In this document: piece after piece, positions 31,015-39,395 of the stretch
Layout: the number at the start of each line of letters is the position of its first letter
Numbering within the stretch: the first letter of the stretch is position 1
Origin: Candidatus Bathyarchaeota archaeon
GTDB taxonomy: Archaea > Thermoproteota > Bathyarchaeia > 40CM-2-53-6
NCBI GenBank assembly: GCA_005881695.1
Contig: VBBT01000104.1
Coordinates: 14,941-78,940 of the forward strand
Reading direction: 5' to 3'
Length of the DNA: 64,000 nt
Position numbers and translations under genes: made by a program
Notes under the pieces: model-generated
What the model was told of the DNA's origin: nothing
Database searches by the model: none
What the model saw: only the letters and a program-made list of their open reading frames with translations

Positions 31015-31080
31015 GGGCTATCCTGACTTAGCTCATGGGCGGTGTTAATCGCTTACAGCCACGTCGTGGCTTCCATCGGG

Positions 31081-31623
31081 TTAGGGGTTCACGTTAATTT
31101 TCCCATTCTGCATGAACACATGGATCGGACAGGAGATGTAACAGTAGACCGTAAACGAGCCTAATTGATTAGCGGTAAACGTCACATCACTACACTTGCC
31201 GGGACCCAGCGCAAATCCGCTGAAGTAGCGCTGTATCGCAAACCCATGAGACTGAATTGTATCATTGTTTATGACATGAATCGTAACGGTTCTCCCCATG
31301 GTAACATTCATTATAGGCCAAGAGCCGCTTTGGAACTTGCTACCGTTGAACCCGACATTCATCCCTTCGTTAGCCATGACGACGACAAAGTAGGTAGAGC
31401 TTGCCGGCACGCTCGCGGGTCGGGCCCAACAGTTGGTTGTCCCGAGACCGAAGAAATGAAACTTATACGCCGCAGCGAAAAACCCGGTGACTGCCACGAC
31501 GATGAGTACGATCACAAGCACCCGTCGCAAAAGTCTTGTTCGCGGGAGTTCTTCCCCGCTTGAGCTCCCAGCTAGCTTTCCGTTACTACTAGTCTCTGAG
31601 TGGACCGGCAAGGTAAGTTGCAT
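31081..31623 (-). CDS. Membrane-anchored blue copper (amicyanin/plastocyanin-like cupredoxin) protein
   Basis: N-terminal TM helix, then a cupredoxin domain. Ligand pattern: ...INNDTIQSHGFAI... and YCYISCPIHVFMQNGKINV. Compare amicyanin YHCTPHPFMRGKVVV, with ligands His, Cys-x2-His-x2-Met. A paralog sits at 38968..39372. Confidence 0.6.
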   Translation of the reverse strand: MQLTLPVHSETSSNGKLAGSSSGEELPRTRLLRRVLVIVLIVVAVTGFFAAAYKFHFFGLGTTNCWARPASVPASSTYFVVVMANEGMNVGFNGSKFQSGSWPIMNVTMGRTVTIHVINNDTIQSHGFAIQRYFSGFALGPGKCSDVTFTANQLGSFTVYCYISCPIHVFMQNGKINVNP

Positions 31624-31800
31624 GGAAACCTAACTACGCTACGAATATGGGAATGTACAGACTGGCGTCCAATGATTAAGAAAGCTATGGCTCAAACTGC
31701 GAACAAGAAACCAGTTAATCCCGCACTCAAAGGATATTCTTTGTCCTGTTCGTAACTTGAGCCAAAAACCCTTAGAACACTCCAGTCGATACATCTGTTC

Positions 31801-32607
31801 ATGCTGGGATTCGCTGAGAGTTTCCTCCCGTGGACTGCATCGACGCTGATTCCCGCGTTTGTAGGGTTACTCCTTATCGTGTTGGTAGGAATGAAATTAC
31901 AGGCAAGATACGTTGCCGCGTTTGCTTTCGGGATTTTGTTCTGGTTTTTCGTGGACACGATAACCGGGGCAGCAAGCCTCGATGTCAACTCGGGTTTCTC
32001 CGGAGGCCTAGGTCAACTTGCAATGATAGGGCTCTTTGTTATCGGCCTGCTCTTCTTCTTTTCAATTGATCGGAATCGAAATATCTTCTCGCCTGAGTTA
32101 GCAATTGGAAAATATGGTTTGGCGATACCCTTGCTAGTTGCGACGGCATTAGGAGTGCACGGGCTCGGCGAGGGCGCAGCCTTCGGGGGAACAGCTGCGC
32201 TGACAACAAGCACGTCCCTTCTCGACACATTCGGCGGCGTTTCCGGCGGAGTAGCGTACGTTCTACACAAGGCACTTGAACCTATGATAATAGGCGCTTG
32301 CTATTGCGCATACTCTATCCAACACGCTAAGACTACTACAGTTCGCCTGAGAGACCTTGCAATTCTGAGCATAATCTTCACGATTCCCTCGCTCATCGGC
32401 GCTGCCAGCGGCTATTACCTAACCTACGACAGCAGCTACTTCTACGCCCTGGGCACCGGAACAGCAATCTATGCCGCGGTGAGGCTCTTTGGACCGATGT
32501 TCAACAAGGCGAACCCTGCAAGCTCGAAGGAATCGATGACGATGGCGGTGCTCATAACCCTTGGACTCCTAACAATCTATTTCGCTGCCTTATTCCATTC
32601 AGGCTAA
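31801..32607 (+). CDS. ZIP-family (ZupT-like) metal cation transporter
   Basis: 8 TM helices; HGLGEGAAFGG and LHKALEP motifs resemble the ZIP TM4/TM5 H-x-x-x-EG signatures. Confidence 0.4.
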   Translation: MLGFAESFLPWTASTLIPAFVGLLLIVLVGMKLQARYVAAFAFGILFWFFVDTITGAASLDVNSGFSGGLGQLAMIGLFVIGLLFFFSIDRNRNIFSPELAIGKYGLAIPLLVATALGVHGLGEGAAFGGTAALTTSTSLLDTFGGVSGGVAYVLHKALEPMIIGACYCAYSIQHAKTTTVRLRDLAILSIIFTIPSLIGAASGYYLTYDSSYFYALGTGTAIYAAVRLFGPMFNKANPASSKESMTMAVLITLGLLTIYFAALFHSG

Positions 32608-32737
32608 TGTCAAGCCGCCATCGCCTTTCTCTCGTCGATTGAGAGCGGCGTGAGTTCGATGGAGGTGTCGGGTTTCAAGGCTCTCCGGAGATCTGAGGCT
32701 CTGATCTCGCTGGTTACCTCTGGACCTTTCGTCGACT

Positions 32738-33124
32738 CTATCGGACCACGAGGAGCCTGACGGTTTTCAGCTTCTTCTCTTTCTGGAAGGCACTAGTCAT
32801 CGAAGCGACCTTCCTCCCTTCCCCCTCTAGGAGAAAGAGTTCGAAGCAATTGTTTTGGCCCATCTTATTGTGAATATGGGTTCGCACAATGTCATCATAG
32901 GCATGTTTCAACCTAGTGATTGGCTCTTCATTCGACTCATCGTGTGTAACTACGAGGATTGCAGCTACTCGGCCGATGAGTGACGCTTTCTCTCTTGAGT
33001 CAGATAGTAGGAGACGTATTGCGGCTCTGACTACGTCAGATCTCCCTGCGTATCCTTGGGATTCCTGAATCGCTGTCATCGAATCGACCAGTTCGTTGGG
33101 TAACGAGACGCTAACGATGGGCAT
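32738..33124 (-). CDS. nikR: Nickel-responsive transcriptional regulator NikR
   Basis: Ribbon-helix-helix N-terminus VSVSLPNELVDSMTAIQESQGYAGRSDVVRAAIRLL plus a C-terminal metal-binding domain with H-x-...-H-I-H-...-C (VTHDES...RTHIHNKMGQNNC); 128 aa. Confidence 0.8.
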   Translation of the reverse strand: MPIVSVSLPNELVDSMTAIQESQGYAGRSDVVRAAIRLLLSDSREKASLIGRVAAILVVTHDESNEEPITRLKHAYDDIVRTHIHNKMGQNNCFELFLLEGEGRKVASMTSAFQKEKKLKTVRLLVVR

Positions 33125-33218
33125 GTGTCTGTGCCATAATAATTTCCAGCTGACTCCTTATATTAGGATTATTAAAATCCGGAAAATACTTAATAATTCC
33201 ATCTCAATCTCGCGTAAC

Positions 33219-34085
33219 GTGATCCCTCTTCTCCCAGAATGGATCGTTCTCTTGCTTGGCTCTCTGGGTCTCGGAATGCTCCACGGGGTCATTCCGGACG
33301 AACACACTTGGCCAATCACTTTCAGCTATTCAGTGGGATCAGCTACAGGGAGAGGAGGAATGCTCTCGGGAACGTTCTTCGCCTCAGCTTTTACACTCCA
33401 ACGCGCAATTATGGCTCAGCTCGTCTACTTCGCCCTCGCTAGTTATCTCGCCTTTGACGAGGGCTTGAACGCGCTTGTCTACGTGGCGGTCGGGATCGCG
33501 ATGTCCCTTGCGGGGTACTTGATATTGTCTGGGAAATTGCCGTCTTGGCATCCCCTTGCTCGATTCCTGCGCACTCATGCTAGAACACATTACGACGAGA
33601 AAGGCATCTCAAGACGAGTTCCCACACACTGGTGTGTAATCCATGGATTCATCGCGGGCTTCGGTGTCGATACAGGCCTCTTCACCACTTTCATCTACTT
33701 GGTCGCTGTTCCAGCGATGCCAGCAGCGTATCTTGGATTCGCACCTGGAGCGGCATTCGGCTTTGGCACACTAATCGTGCTGCTTGCGATTGGTTCAGTG
33801 TTCGGCGGTGTCCTCCAGATCGCGAAGAAGTGGGGTCCGGAGCGAGTCCAGCTCTTCGGCACAAGAGCCGGGGCACGCAGCCTATTTTACGGCGGGATAA
33901 TATTCATCATCGCGGGAATACTCTTCCGAACCGGTATACAAGACACCATTCCGCTGGATTTTGGAAATCTGATTGTCTTAGCGTTTATGATCGGGGTAAT
34001 CGTTCCGGTAATGATCGTCACCTGGAGAGAAGTCAAAACGATCCCTGCGCCTGAAGCATTGACTCATATCGCCAGATCTTCCTGA
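33219..34085 (+). CDS. NicO/RcnA-like nickel/cobalt transporter family membrane protein
   Basis: LHGVIPDEH in TM1 resembles the NiCoT H-x4-D-H signature. It is divergently adjacent to nikR. The proposed start is GTG 33219, because the annotated upstream part of the ORF is AT-rich and promoter-like. Confidence 0.45.
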   Translation: MIPLLPEWIVLLLGSLGLGMLHGVIPDEHTWPITFSYSVGSATGRGGMLSGTFFASAFTLQRAIMAQLVYFALASYLAFDEGLNALVYVAVGIAMSLAGYLILSGKLPSWHPLARFLRTHARTHYDEKGISRRVPTHWCVIHGFIAGFGVDTGLFTTFIYLVAVPAMPAAYLGFAPGAAFGFGTLIVLLAIGSVFGGVLQIAKKWGPERVQLFGTRAGARSLFYGGIIFIIAGILFRTGIQDTIPLDFGNLIVLAFMIGVIVPVMIVTWREVKTIPAPEALTHIARSS

Positions 34086-34380
34086 CCCTGCACGGGCACG
34101 TTTACCCCATCACTATCGGATAAGTTGGGGCGGGAGCGGGATTTGGATACCAGTTTACTGGTACACATAAACGGCTCATGGGCAATCCCTCCCAAGAGTT
34201 CACACACAGTGAGCCACTCTAATTCCAATAATTAACGTTGAACAATGAAACTTTCCGTGAGGTGGGTTTCCAGCCGGACGCAGGTTTCAAGGGATTCAGA
34301 CGCAACACTTTTACTTTTGTAAGGCACAGCGCTTAAGTGGCGCTTTCGAAGCAGGTCACGTGCAGTCTCTTGGAAACTGA

Positions 34381-35137
34381 GAAGTGCTCCTATTGTGGGG
34401 CGTCCGTCAAGAAGGAGAATCTGGGAGGACATGTTGAAAGAGTTCACCCCAAACGGTCTAGGTCGTTCGAGGCCAGGCCTAAGACGGTAAGTAAATCTAT
34501 CAAGACTGGTTCCTCCTTTCGTACCCATCGAAAAAGAAACATCGCGATTCTATCCTTGGTGCTGTTGACAGTTATCGGGATTGCCGTTCTCGCCTTTCCA
34601 GCGCAGAATATGAATATGCCAGGAACAAATCCAGGTCCAGCCTCCCCTGGGTCTATTGAACAGTTCAGTTATTTGAACCAGCAGGTGAGTCGTTGTTTGT
34701 GGGGTGCAAACATGGGAGACGAAATGGGCTACACGAATTGGATTAACGGGTTGGCAGACGATACTTACCTTCAGGGAGCCTGCTGTAACCCTATGGTCGC
34801 AACGGACTACCAGAATCAAATTTCCGAACTTTCGAACTATACGTCTTTGTCTTCGCTGATTGCTAAAGACCCGTATAACATCCCATCTCAGGTTGCAAAG
34901 GCTGATATTGCTGGGGGAAAACTGATTCTCACTAGTGACCAGCAGTCCGTCCTCGCAAATGCCGCAACCTTGTCAAAGGAGAATTGGTGTTGTTGCCAGT
35001 GTTGGAGCTGGTATCAGCACGAAGGACTCGGCAAGATTTTGATTGTCAACTACGGATACTCTGCACAACAGGTCGCTCGTGTCATTGACCTCGAGGCGTG
35101 CTGTGGTACCGGTACCGGCCCTATGAGGATGAATTGA
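34381..35137 (+). CDS. Membrane-tethered protein: N-terminal C2H2-like zinc finger, basic linker, one TM helix, Cys-rich extracytoplasmic domain
   Basis: ETEKCSYCGASVKKENLGGHVERVHPKRS...FRTHRKRNIAILSLVLLTVIGIAV aligns closely with the N-terminus of the 37256..37876 protein. The extracytoplasmic part has CC, CCCQC and CC clusters. The start is proposed at TTG 34381 by analogy with the paralog; the ORF track starts at 34337. Confidence 0.5.
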
Positions 35138-35402
35138 GATGGGCTTGGTGGCTCAATCTATCTCATCCATCTTACCTTTCCCATCGCTCTCCCCTCTGGA
35201 GAATCTGTGACAAGCGGAATCCCTGGCGAAGAAGCTGATAATGCTGTAAGGATACGCCAGTTTCGTCTGACAACATCCTTTGAAGGAAAGTACTCTCCTC
35301 TGCTGTCCACTTCGCCCGTACTGATAATATGGTACGCGGAGCCTAAGCTATTTTCGATGTTAAACTAAGGCCGTGGAGAACTGATTCCGTCGACCCGATA
35401 CT

Positions 35403-35711
35403 TCAGCAGGATCCATTCATGTTGTATTGCTGCATCATCGCCTGGCACTGTGCCATATCATATGACCCCATCATGTTCGCGCATTGAGACATATCATTCG
35501 AACCCATCATGGATTCGCATTCAGTCATATCAGTGTGATCCATCATCGACTGGCACTGAGCCTGTATAGAGCGTGGATTTCCCATCATGTTACTCATCAT
35601 CCCCCAGCCGGTAGGTGAGTGCATAGCCGCCTGCGCATAGACTACCGCACATACAGCAAATAGGGTTACTGAGATGGCGACAATAACTGCTAACCTGCGT
35701 CTTTCTCCCAT
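35403..35711 (-). CDS. Secreted methionine-rich repeat protein (putative Cu(I)-binding, CopM/PcoE-like)
   Basis: Signal/anchor helix, then repeats C-x-SMMGSNDMSQC / ANMMGSYDMAQC / QAMMQQYNM. These are M-x-x-M / MM motifs; 102 aa. Confidence 0.5.
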   Translation of the reverse strand: MGERRRLAVIVAISVTLFAVCAVVYAQAAMHSPTGWGMMSNMMGNPRSIQAQCQSMMDHTDMTECESMMGSNDMSQCANMMGSYDMAQCQAMMQQYNMNGSC

Positions 35712-35882
35712 TCCTTAGGTCACATCCGCGTCTTTCCACACTGAGACGGTCACAGGACATAGTTAGCCCTTTCCGCATCAAAAGAGGAAAGATCTCATGC
35801 CTACAGACGGTAATATCGTCCAGTGGAAATTAGTAATCGACTGACTTTCCCTTTGTTCCCTTATCGGGGCCAAACCTAGGCG

Positions 35883-36161
35883 CTAGCTCGTTGTTCTTCT
35901 CAGTGCGTATTTTCTGAGAAAGTGGGTGTAGGTCTCCTCGCTGCAGACGAATGGAATGTCCGGCCGCCCTTCGATCTTGACCTCAGCGTCAATTACCACA
36001 GTCGGGACCACCGTCACCCCGTACTTCTTCGCCAGGTCCATGTTCTCGGACACGTCGTGGATTGTCAGCTGGCAACCGTTGCATTTGCCTGCCTCAATCT
36101 CGTTCACGAACTCGACGCAGAGTGGGCATCCCGCGGAGAATACTTCGATTTTGTGCGGCAT
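35883..36161 (-). CDS. Small thioredoxin-fold protein (CxxC)
   Basis: VFSAGCPLCVEF redox motif plus a second CNGC; 92 aa. Typical of the Thioredoxin_3 / small glutaredoxin-like family. Confidence 0.55.
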   Translation of the reverse strand: MPHKIEVFSAGCPLCVEFVNEIEAGKCNGCQLTIHDVSENMDLAKKYGVTVVPTVVIDAEVKIEGRPDIPFVCSEETYTHFLRKYALRRTTS

Positions 36162-36236
36162 AGACCTTACCCTCTCTGGAGGAGATATTAATACTTCAAC
36201 GTTCCAAGCCTATGTCCCAATTCAAGCTGTACACCT

Positions 36237-36971
36237 ATGGCATTTGGAGTATCTTCTTCATTAGCATGCGTGACCTGCGGTTGTAGAGAAACCTCATGTG
36301 AAGGCTGCCATACCCCCTCGGACTGCTCCAACTGTGCGTCATGCTGCTGCAATACCTCTCATCAGTCATGGAGACAAGCGAGAATCAGGAATGGAATCAA
36401 GATCGAATACATCAGCTCGGGATGGATGACGGTTGAGGTTTTGGGGTCGATTGGATTTGGAGTGGTTGCCGGAAGTTTCGCCCTATTGGCGTTCGGGGGC
36501 GATAGTCTGATTGAACTGATTTCTGGCATCGCAGTCTTGACAAACTTGCGAAAGGACTCCAGTAGCAATACCGGTAATGGAATGTACGGCAAGAGGACGG
36601 AACAATTCACGAGCGCGCTGCTCTTCGCTCTTATTCCCGTCATTGGGTTAGGCATGGTTTATTCGTACTTTTCGGGGTTGAAGCCAGAGGGATCGGTACT
36701 GGGGATCGCGATAGCTATCGGAGCGGTTATCGTGATGCCTTATCTGTACGTTGAGAAGAAAAAGATAGGGAGAGAGACTCGGTCGCTGCCTCTCTCGATT
36801 GATGCTATAGAGTCGGTGACCTGCATTTTCATGGCCGTAGCTCTCCTCGGTGGCCTTCTTGCAGAATATTTCTTGGGGATCTGGTGGGCTGACTATCTAG
36901 CGACTGGTGTCATACTCGCATTCGTGGCGAAAGAAGCTGTTGAATCATACGGCGAAATCCGTGAAGAATGA
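36237..36971 (+). CDS. Cation diffusion facilitator-like metal efflux protein with Cys-rich N-terminus
   Basis: N-terminal CVTCGCRETSCEGCHTPSDCSNCASCCC, then TM helices with FALLAFGGDSLIELISGIAV, which resembles the CDF motif ALLADAGHMLTD. 244 aa, shorter than typical CDF proteins. Confidence 0.5.
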   Translation: MAFGVSSSLACVTCGCRETSCEGCHTPSDCSNCASCCCNTSHQSWRQARIRNGIKIEYISSGWMTVEVLGSIGFGVVAGSFALLAFGGDSLIELISGIAVLTNLRKDSSSNTGNGMYGKRTEQFTSALLFALIPVIGLGMVYSYFSGLKPEGSVLGIAIAIGAVIVMPYLYVEKKKIGRETRSLPLSIDAIESVTCIFMAVALLGGLLAEYFLGIWWADYLATGVILAFVAKEAVESYGEIREE

Positions 36972-36998
36972 AGAGCCGCCTTTCTCTCTTCAGGTAAA

Positions 36999-37179
36999 TG
37001 GTGCGGGGGGTGGGATTCGAACCCACGAAGGCCTACGCCACGGGATAGCACACCCGCGCTTCGCGAGGGCATTGATCGTTCCTAAGCCCTCGCGGAATTG
37101 GGTCTTGAGTGTAGCGCGCGCATGCCAAGCGCGACCCGCCCATTTAGTCAGATGTTTGACCTGACTCTGGTACCCCCGC
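36999..37179 (-). tRNA. tRNA gene with a large intron or introns (anticodon unresolved)
   Basis: Minus-strand sense 3' end: gtgggTTCGAATcccac-cccccgc-a-CCA, giving T-arm, 7-nt acceptor strand, discriminator and CCA. The complementary 5' acceptor strand gcggggg is 181 nt upstream (rc of 37173..37179). The roughly 105 extra nt include a perfect 9-bp hairpin, cgcgagggc...gccctcgcg, consistent with one or more introns. Confidence 0.5.
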
Positions 37180-37255
37180 TAGTTAGATGCGGGCTAGTCA
37201 TCTCAAATATGCCTTCGGGAAAGGTCATCGGCAAGTGGTTTAGGAACAACAGGCG

Positions 37256-37876
37256 CTAAGTTGCGAGCGTCATCACAATCTGCTGCGGCTTGTCCCTAAG
37301 CACTACGTCTTGTGTGGCCGAAGGTAGGACTTGCCCGTCGACGCTGACGGATGAGACGGGATGCCCGTTGATGCTGCTTCCATCGGAGGGTTGTCCCCAG
37401 ATGGCCAGGAACTGGTGCAGTGTAAAGTCTCTAACTGTATTCGATTCAACGTGGATAAGCCCGCTAGTGTCGTGGGTGTGTATTGGTGCCAAGCCGCTCA
37501 AACCATATTGATCTAGAGAATGGTCCTTCCATAGACTTGGATCAATCCCGATTTGGGCGGGGACCTGCACTGGGCTACCGTTCAAGGTTATGGAGAGTTG
37601 CGGATGGATATGCATGCGCAGAGTGTTGGCTGCAACAAACTCTACAGCAACAATTGAAACTCCCATAACAGCAAGCACAATGAGTGAAAGAAGTAGCATG
37701 TTTTTCTTCTTGTGGCTTCGGAAGGCTGAAGGGGCTCTGGCCAGGGGCACCGTCTTGGGTTGAACGAGGGACCCGGCTCGTCTTGGGTGCACCTTTGCGT
37801 AGTGAGACTTCAGATTCTCTTTTTTAACTGGGCTCCCGCAGACGGGACATTTCTCAGATTCCAATAACAGTATCAT
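37256..37876 (-). CDS. Membrane-tethered protein: N-terminal C2H2-like zinc finger, TM helix, extracytoplasmic HTHD-motif domain
   Basis: MILLLESEKCPVCGSPVKKENLKSHYAKVHPRR (C-x2-C-x11-H-x4-H), a basic linker, a TM helix, then ...LAPIHTHDTSGLIHVESNTVRDFTLHQFLAIWGQ. It is a paralog of 34381..35137 at the N-terminus and of 38091..38702 in the extracytoplasmic domain. Confidence 0.5.
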   Translation of the reverse strand: MILLLESEKCPVCGSPVKKENLKSHYAKVHPRRAGSLVQPKTVPLARAPSAFRSHKKKNMLLLSLIVLAVMGVSIVAVEFVAANTLRMHIHPQLSITLNGSPVQVPAQIGIDPSLWKDHSLDQYGLSGLAPIHTHDTSGLIHVESNTVRDFTLHQFLAIWGQPSDGSSINGHPVSSVSVDGQVLPSATQDVVLRDKPQQIVMTLAT

Positions 37877-38090
37877 ACCACAGCTGAAAGCTAAGAACTT
37901 GTCCCTATTGGAGTCATTATCCGCCGTTAGTCAGAGAGAGAATTTGTCTTGACCACCTTGAGGCTTCCTTCACAGCTAAGACGGTTCTCTTGATCGTTCG
38001 CGCCACGTCCGGTAAGTTAGAAGGGAATGCAGCTAGGCAACCTGCAGTCGCGCTGAGCAGACGGAAAGTATTATTGGACGCAGACATTTC

Positions 38091-38702
38091 TTGGATGCCT
38101 TCGGAGGCGGGCGCTTGGCGAAGACGAGCAGGAAGCAGAGGATTTTACAAGATGTCCAGAGAAAGCGCCGCCAGAGAGCAGTAGTAACAGCGATCATAGC
38201 GGCAATCCTTATCGCTGTGATAGTCGGAGGCATTTATGCGCTCATCCTACCCAAAAACGAGCAGACTATACTCATACCAGCTAATATCGGGTTTGACAGC
38301 AGTTGTGCAAGGCCGCTGCACACCCATGACGTCTCCGGAACAATTCATGTTGAAACAAATGTAAATCAGAACTATTCAATCGCCGATTTCTTTCTGATCT
38401 GGGGAAAAGTTTTCAATAGCAGCGGAATATTTCAGTCGAACCAGCCCTTACCTTCCTACTTGAACTGCATAACAGGTACTCTGCTTTACCACTCCCATCC
38501 AACACTGACCATCATATACAAGAAAGACTTCCCAACTCAGATCAACATGACCGTCAACGGCACACCGGTGTCACCTAACCCAAATCCGAACCTTCAACTG
38601 CCCCGAAACGCTGCAACCCCGAGTGCACCCTGCACCCCAGGACCATGCGAGGCTTTCAGTATCGTCATAACGTATGGTCCAGGCATACCAGCTAGCTTCT
38701 AG
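38091..38702 (+). CDS. Membrane-anchored HTHD-motif domain protein (paralog of 37256..37876, lacking the zinc finger)
   Basis: Basic N-terminus, a TM helix, ARPLHTHDVSGTIHVETNVNQNYSIADFFLIWGK, and a C-terminal Pro/Cys-rich tail PCTPGPCEAF. Confidence 0.5.
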   Translation: MDAFGGGRLAKTSRKQRILQDVQRKRRQRAVVTAIIAAILIAVIVGGIYALILPKNEQTILIPANIGFDSSCARPLHTHDVSGTIHVETNVNQNYSIADFFLIWGKVFNSSGIFQSNQPLPSYLNCITGTLLYHSHPTLTIIYKKDFPTQINMTVNGTPVSPNPNPNLQLPRNAATPSAPCTPGPCEAFSIVITYGPGIPASF

Positions 38703-38967
38703 TAAAAGCCGCAGCGGCTTGAAAGGAGAGTGCCTGCTCCAGCGTATCTCCTCCGAATCCGTTCAGAGGACGTCTCCTCGCGTCTTTCGGGGGTAACTTT
38801 TTGCCCAAACCACTTGAATGCTCCGAATTGCGCTTACTGAATTCCCACACTGAATGACACGGACCATATGTGCCAAGACTCTTTTAGTTGGTTTCCTGTA
38901 CGGTAAATCCGCCTGGCTACTCCACCCCAAGACAGGTTTCGAGAGCAAACTATTGAGAACTAGCGAG

Positions 38968-39372
38968 ATGGTCGTAATCGCGCTCGTTGCCGCATCTCTC
39001 GCAGCAGGCGGAGTGTTCGCAGTAGTACTCAGCCCTCCCCCGTCTCCTTGCTCGGGAGCGACAGGAGCGATTCGGTCCTTTACAATTATGGTAGATTTGA
39101 CAGGTTACAACGGGAGCCAATCTCACAACGGTTCTTGGCCTGTCGTTTCGGTTCAGCGTTGTGACAATGTGGTTTTCACAGTTATCAATAACGACACCCA
39201 ATCTCATGGGTTCGCAGTGACCTATTACTCCAACGCCGGTTTGGAGCTTGTAGGAGGTGCACGCCAGACGCTGAAGTTTCAAGCTACAAGGACTGGAGAG
39301 TTCCAGATATATTGCACGATCAAGTGCTCGGTTCACTACCTAATGCAAAATGGTCTTCTAAACGTAACCTAA
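38968..39372 (+). CDS. Membrane-anchored blue copper (amicyanin/plastocyanin-like) protein, paralog of 31081..31623
   Basis: INNDTQSHGFAV and YCTIKCSVHYLMQNGLLNV match the same His / Cys-x2-His-x2-Met pattern as the paralog. The start is proposed at ATG 38968, just before the TM helix. Confidence 0.6.
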   Translation: MVVIALVAASLAAGGVFAVVLSPPPSPCSGATGAIRSFTIMVDLTGYNGSQSHNGSWPVVSVQRCDNVVFTVINNDTQSHGFAVTYYSNAGLELVGGARQTLKFQATRTGEFQIYCTIKCSVHYLMQNGLLNVT

Positions 39373-39395
39373 GCATCCCTGGCGAACAAACAATC

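Noticed and set aside
33239-33442. 67-aa ORF starting at ATG 33239 (MDRSLAWLS...)
   Set aside because: It is out of frame with the long membrane-protein ORF that carries the NicO-like motif. Its translation is Arg-rich with no TM character.
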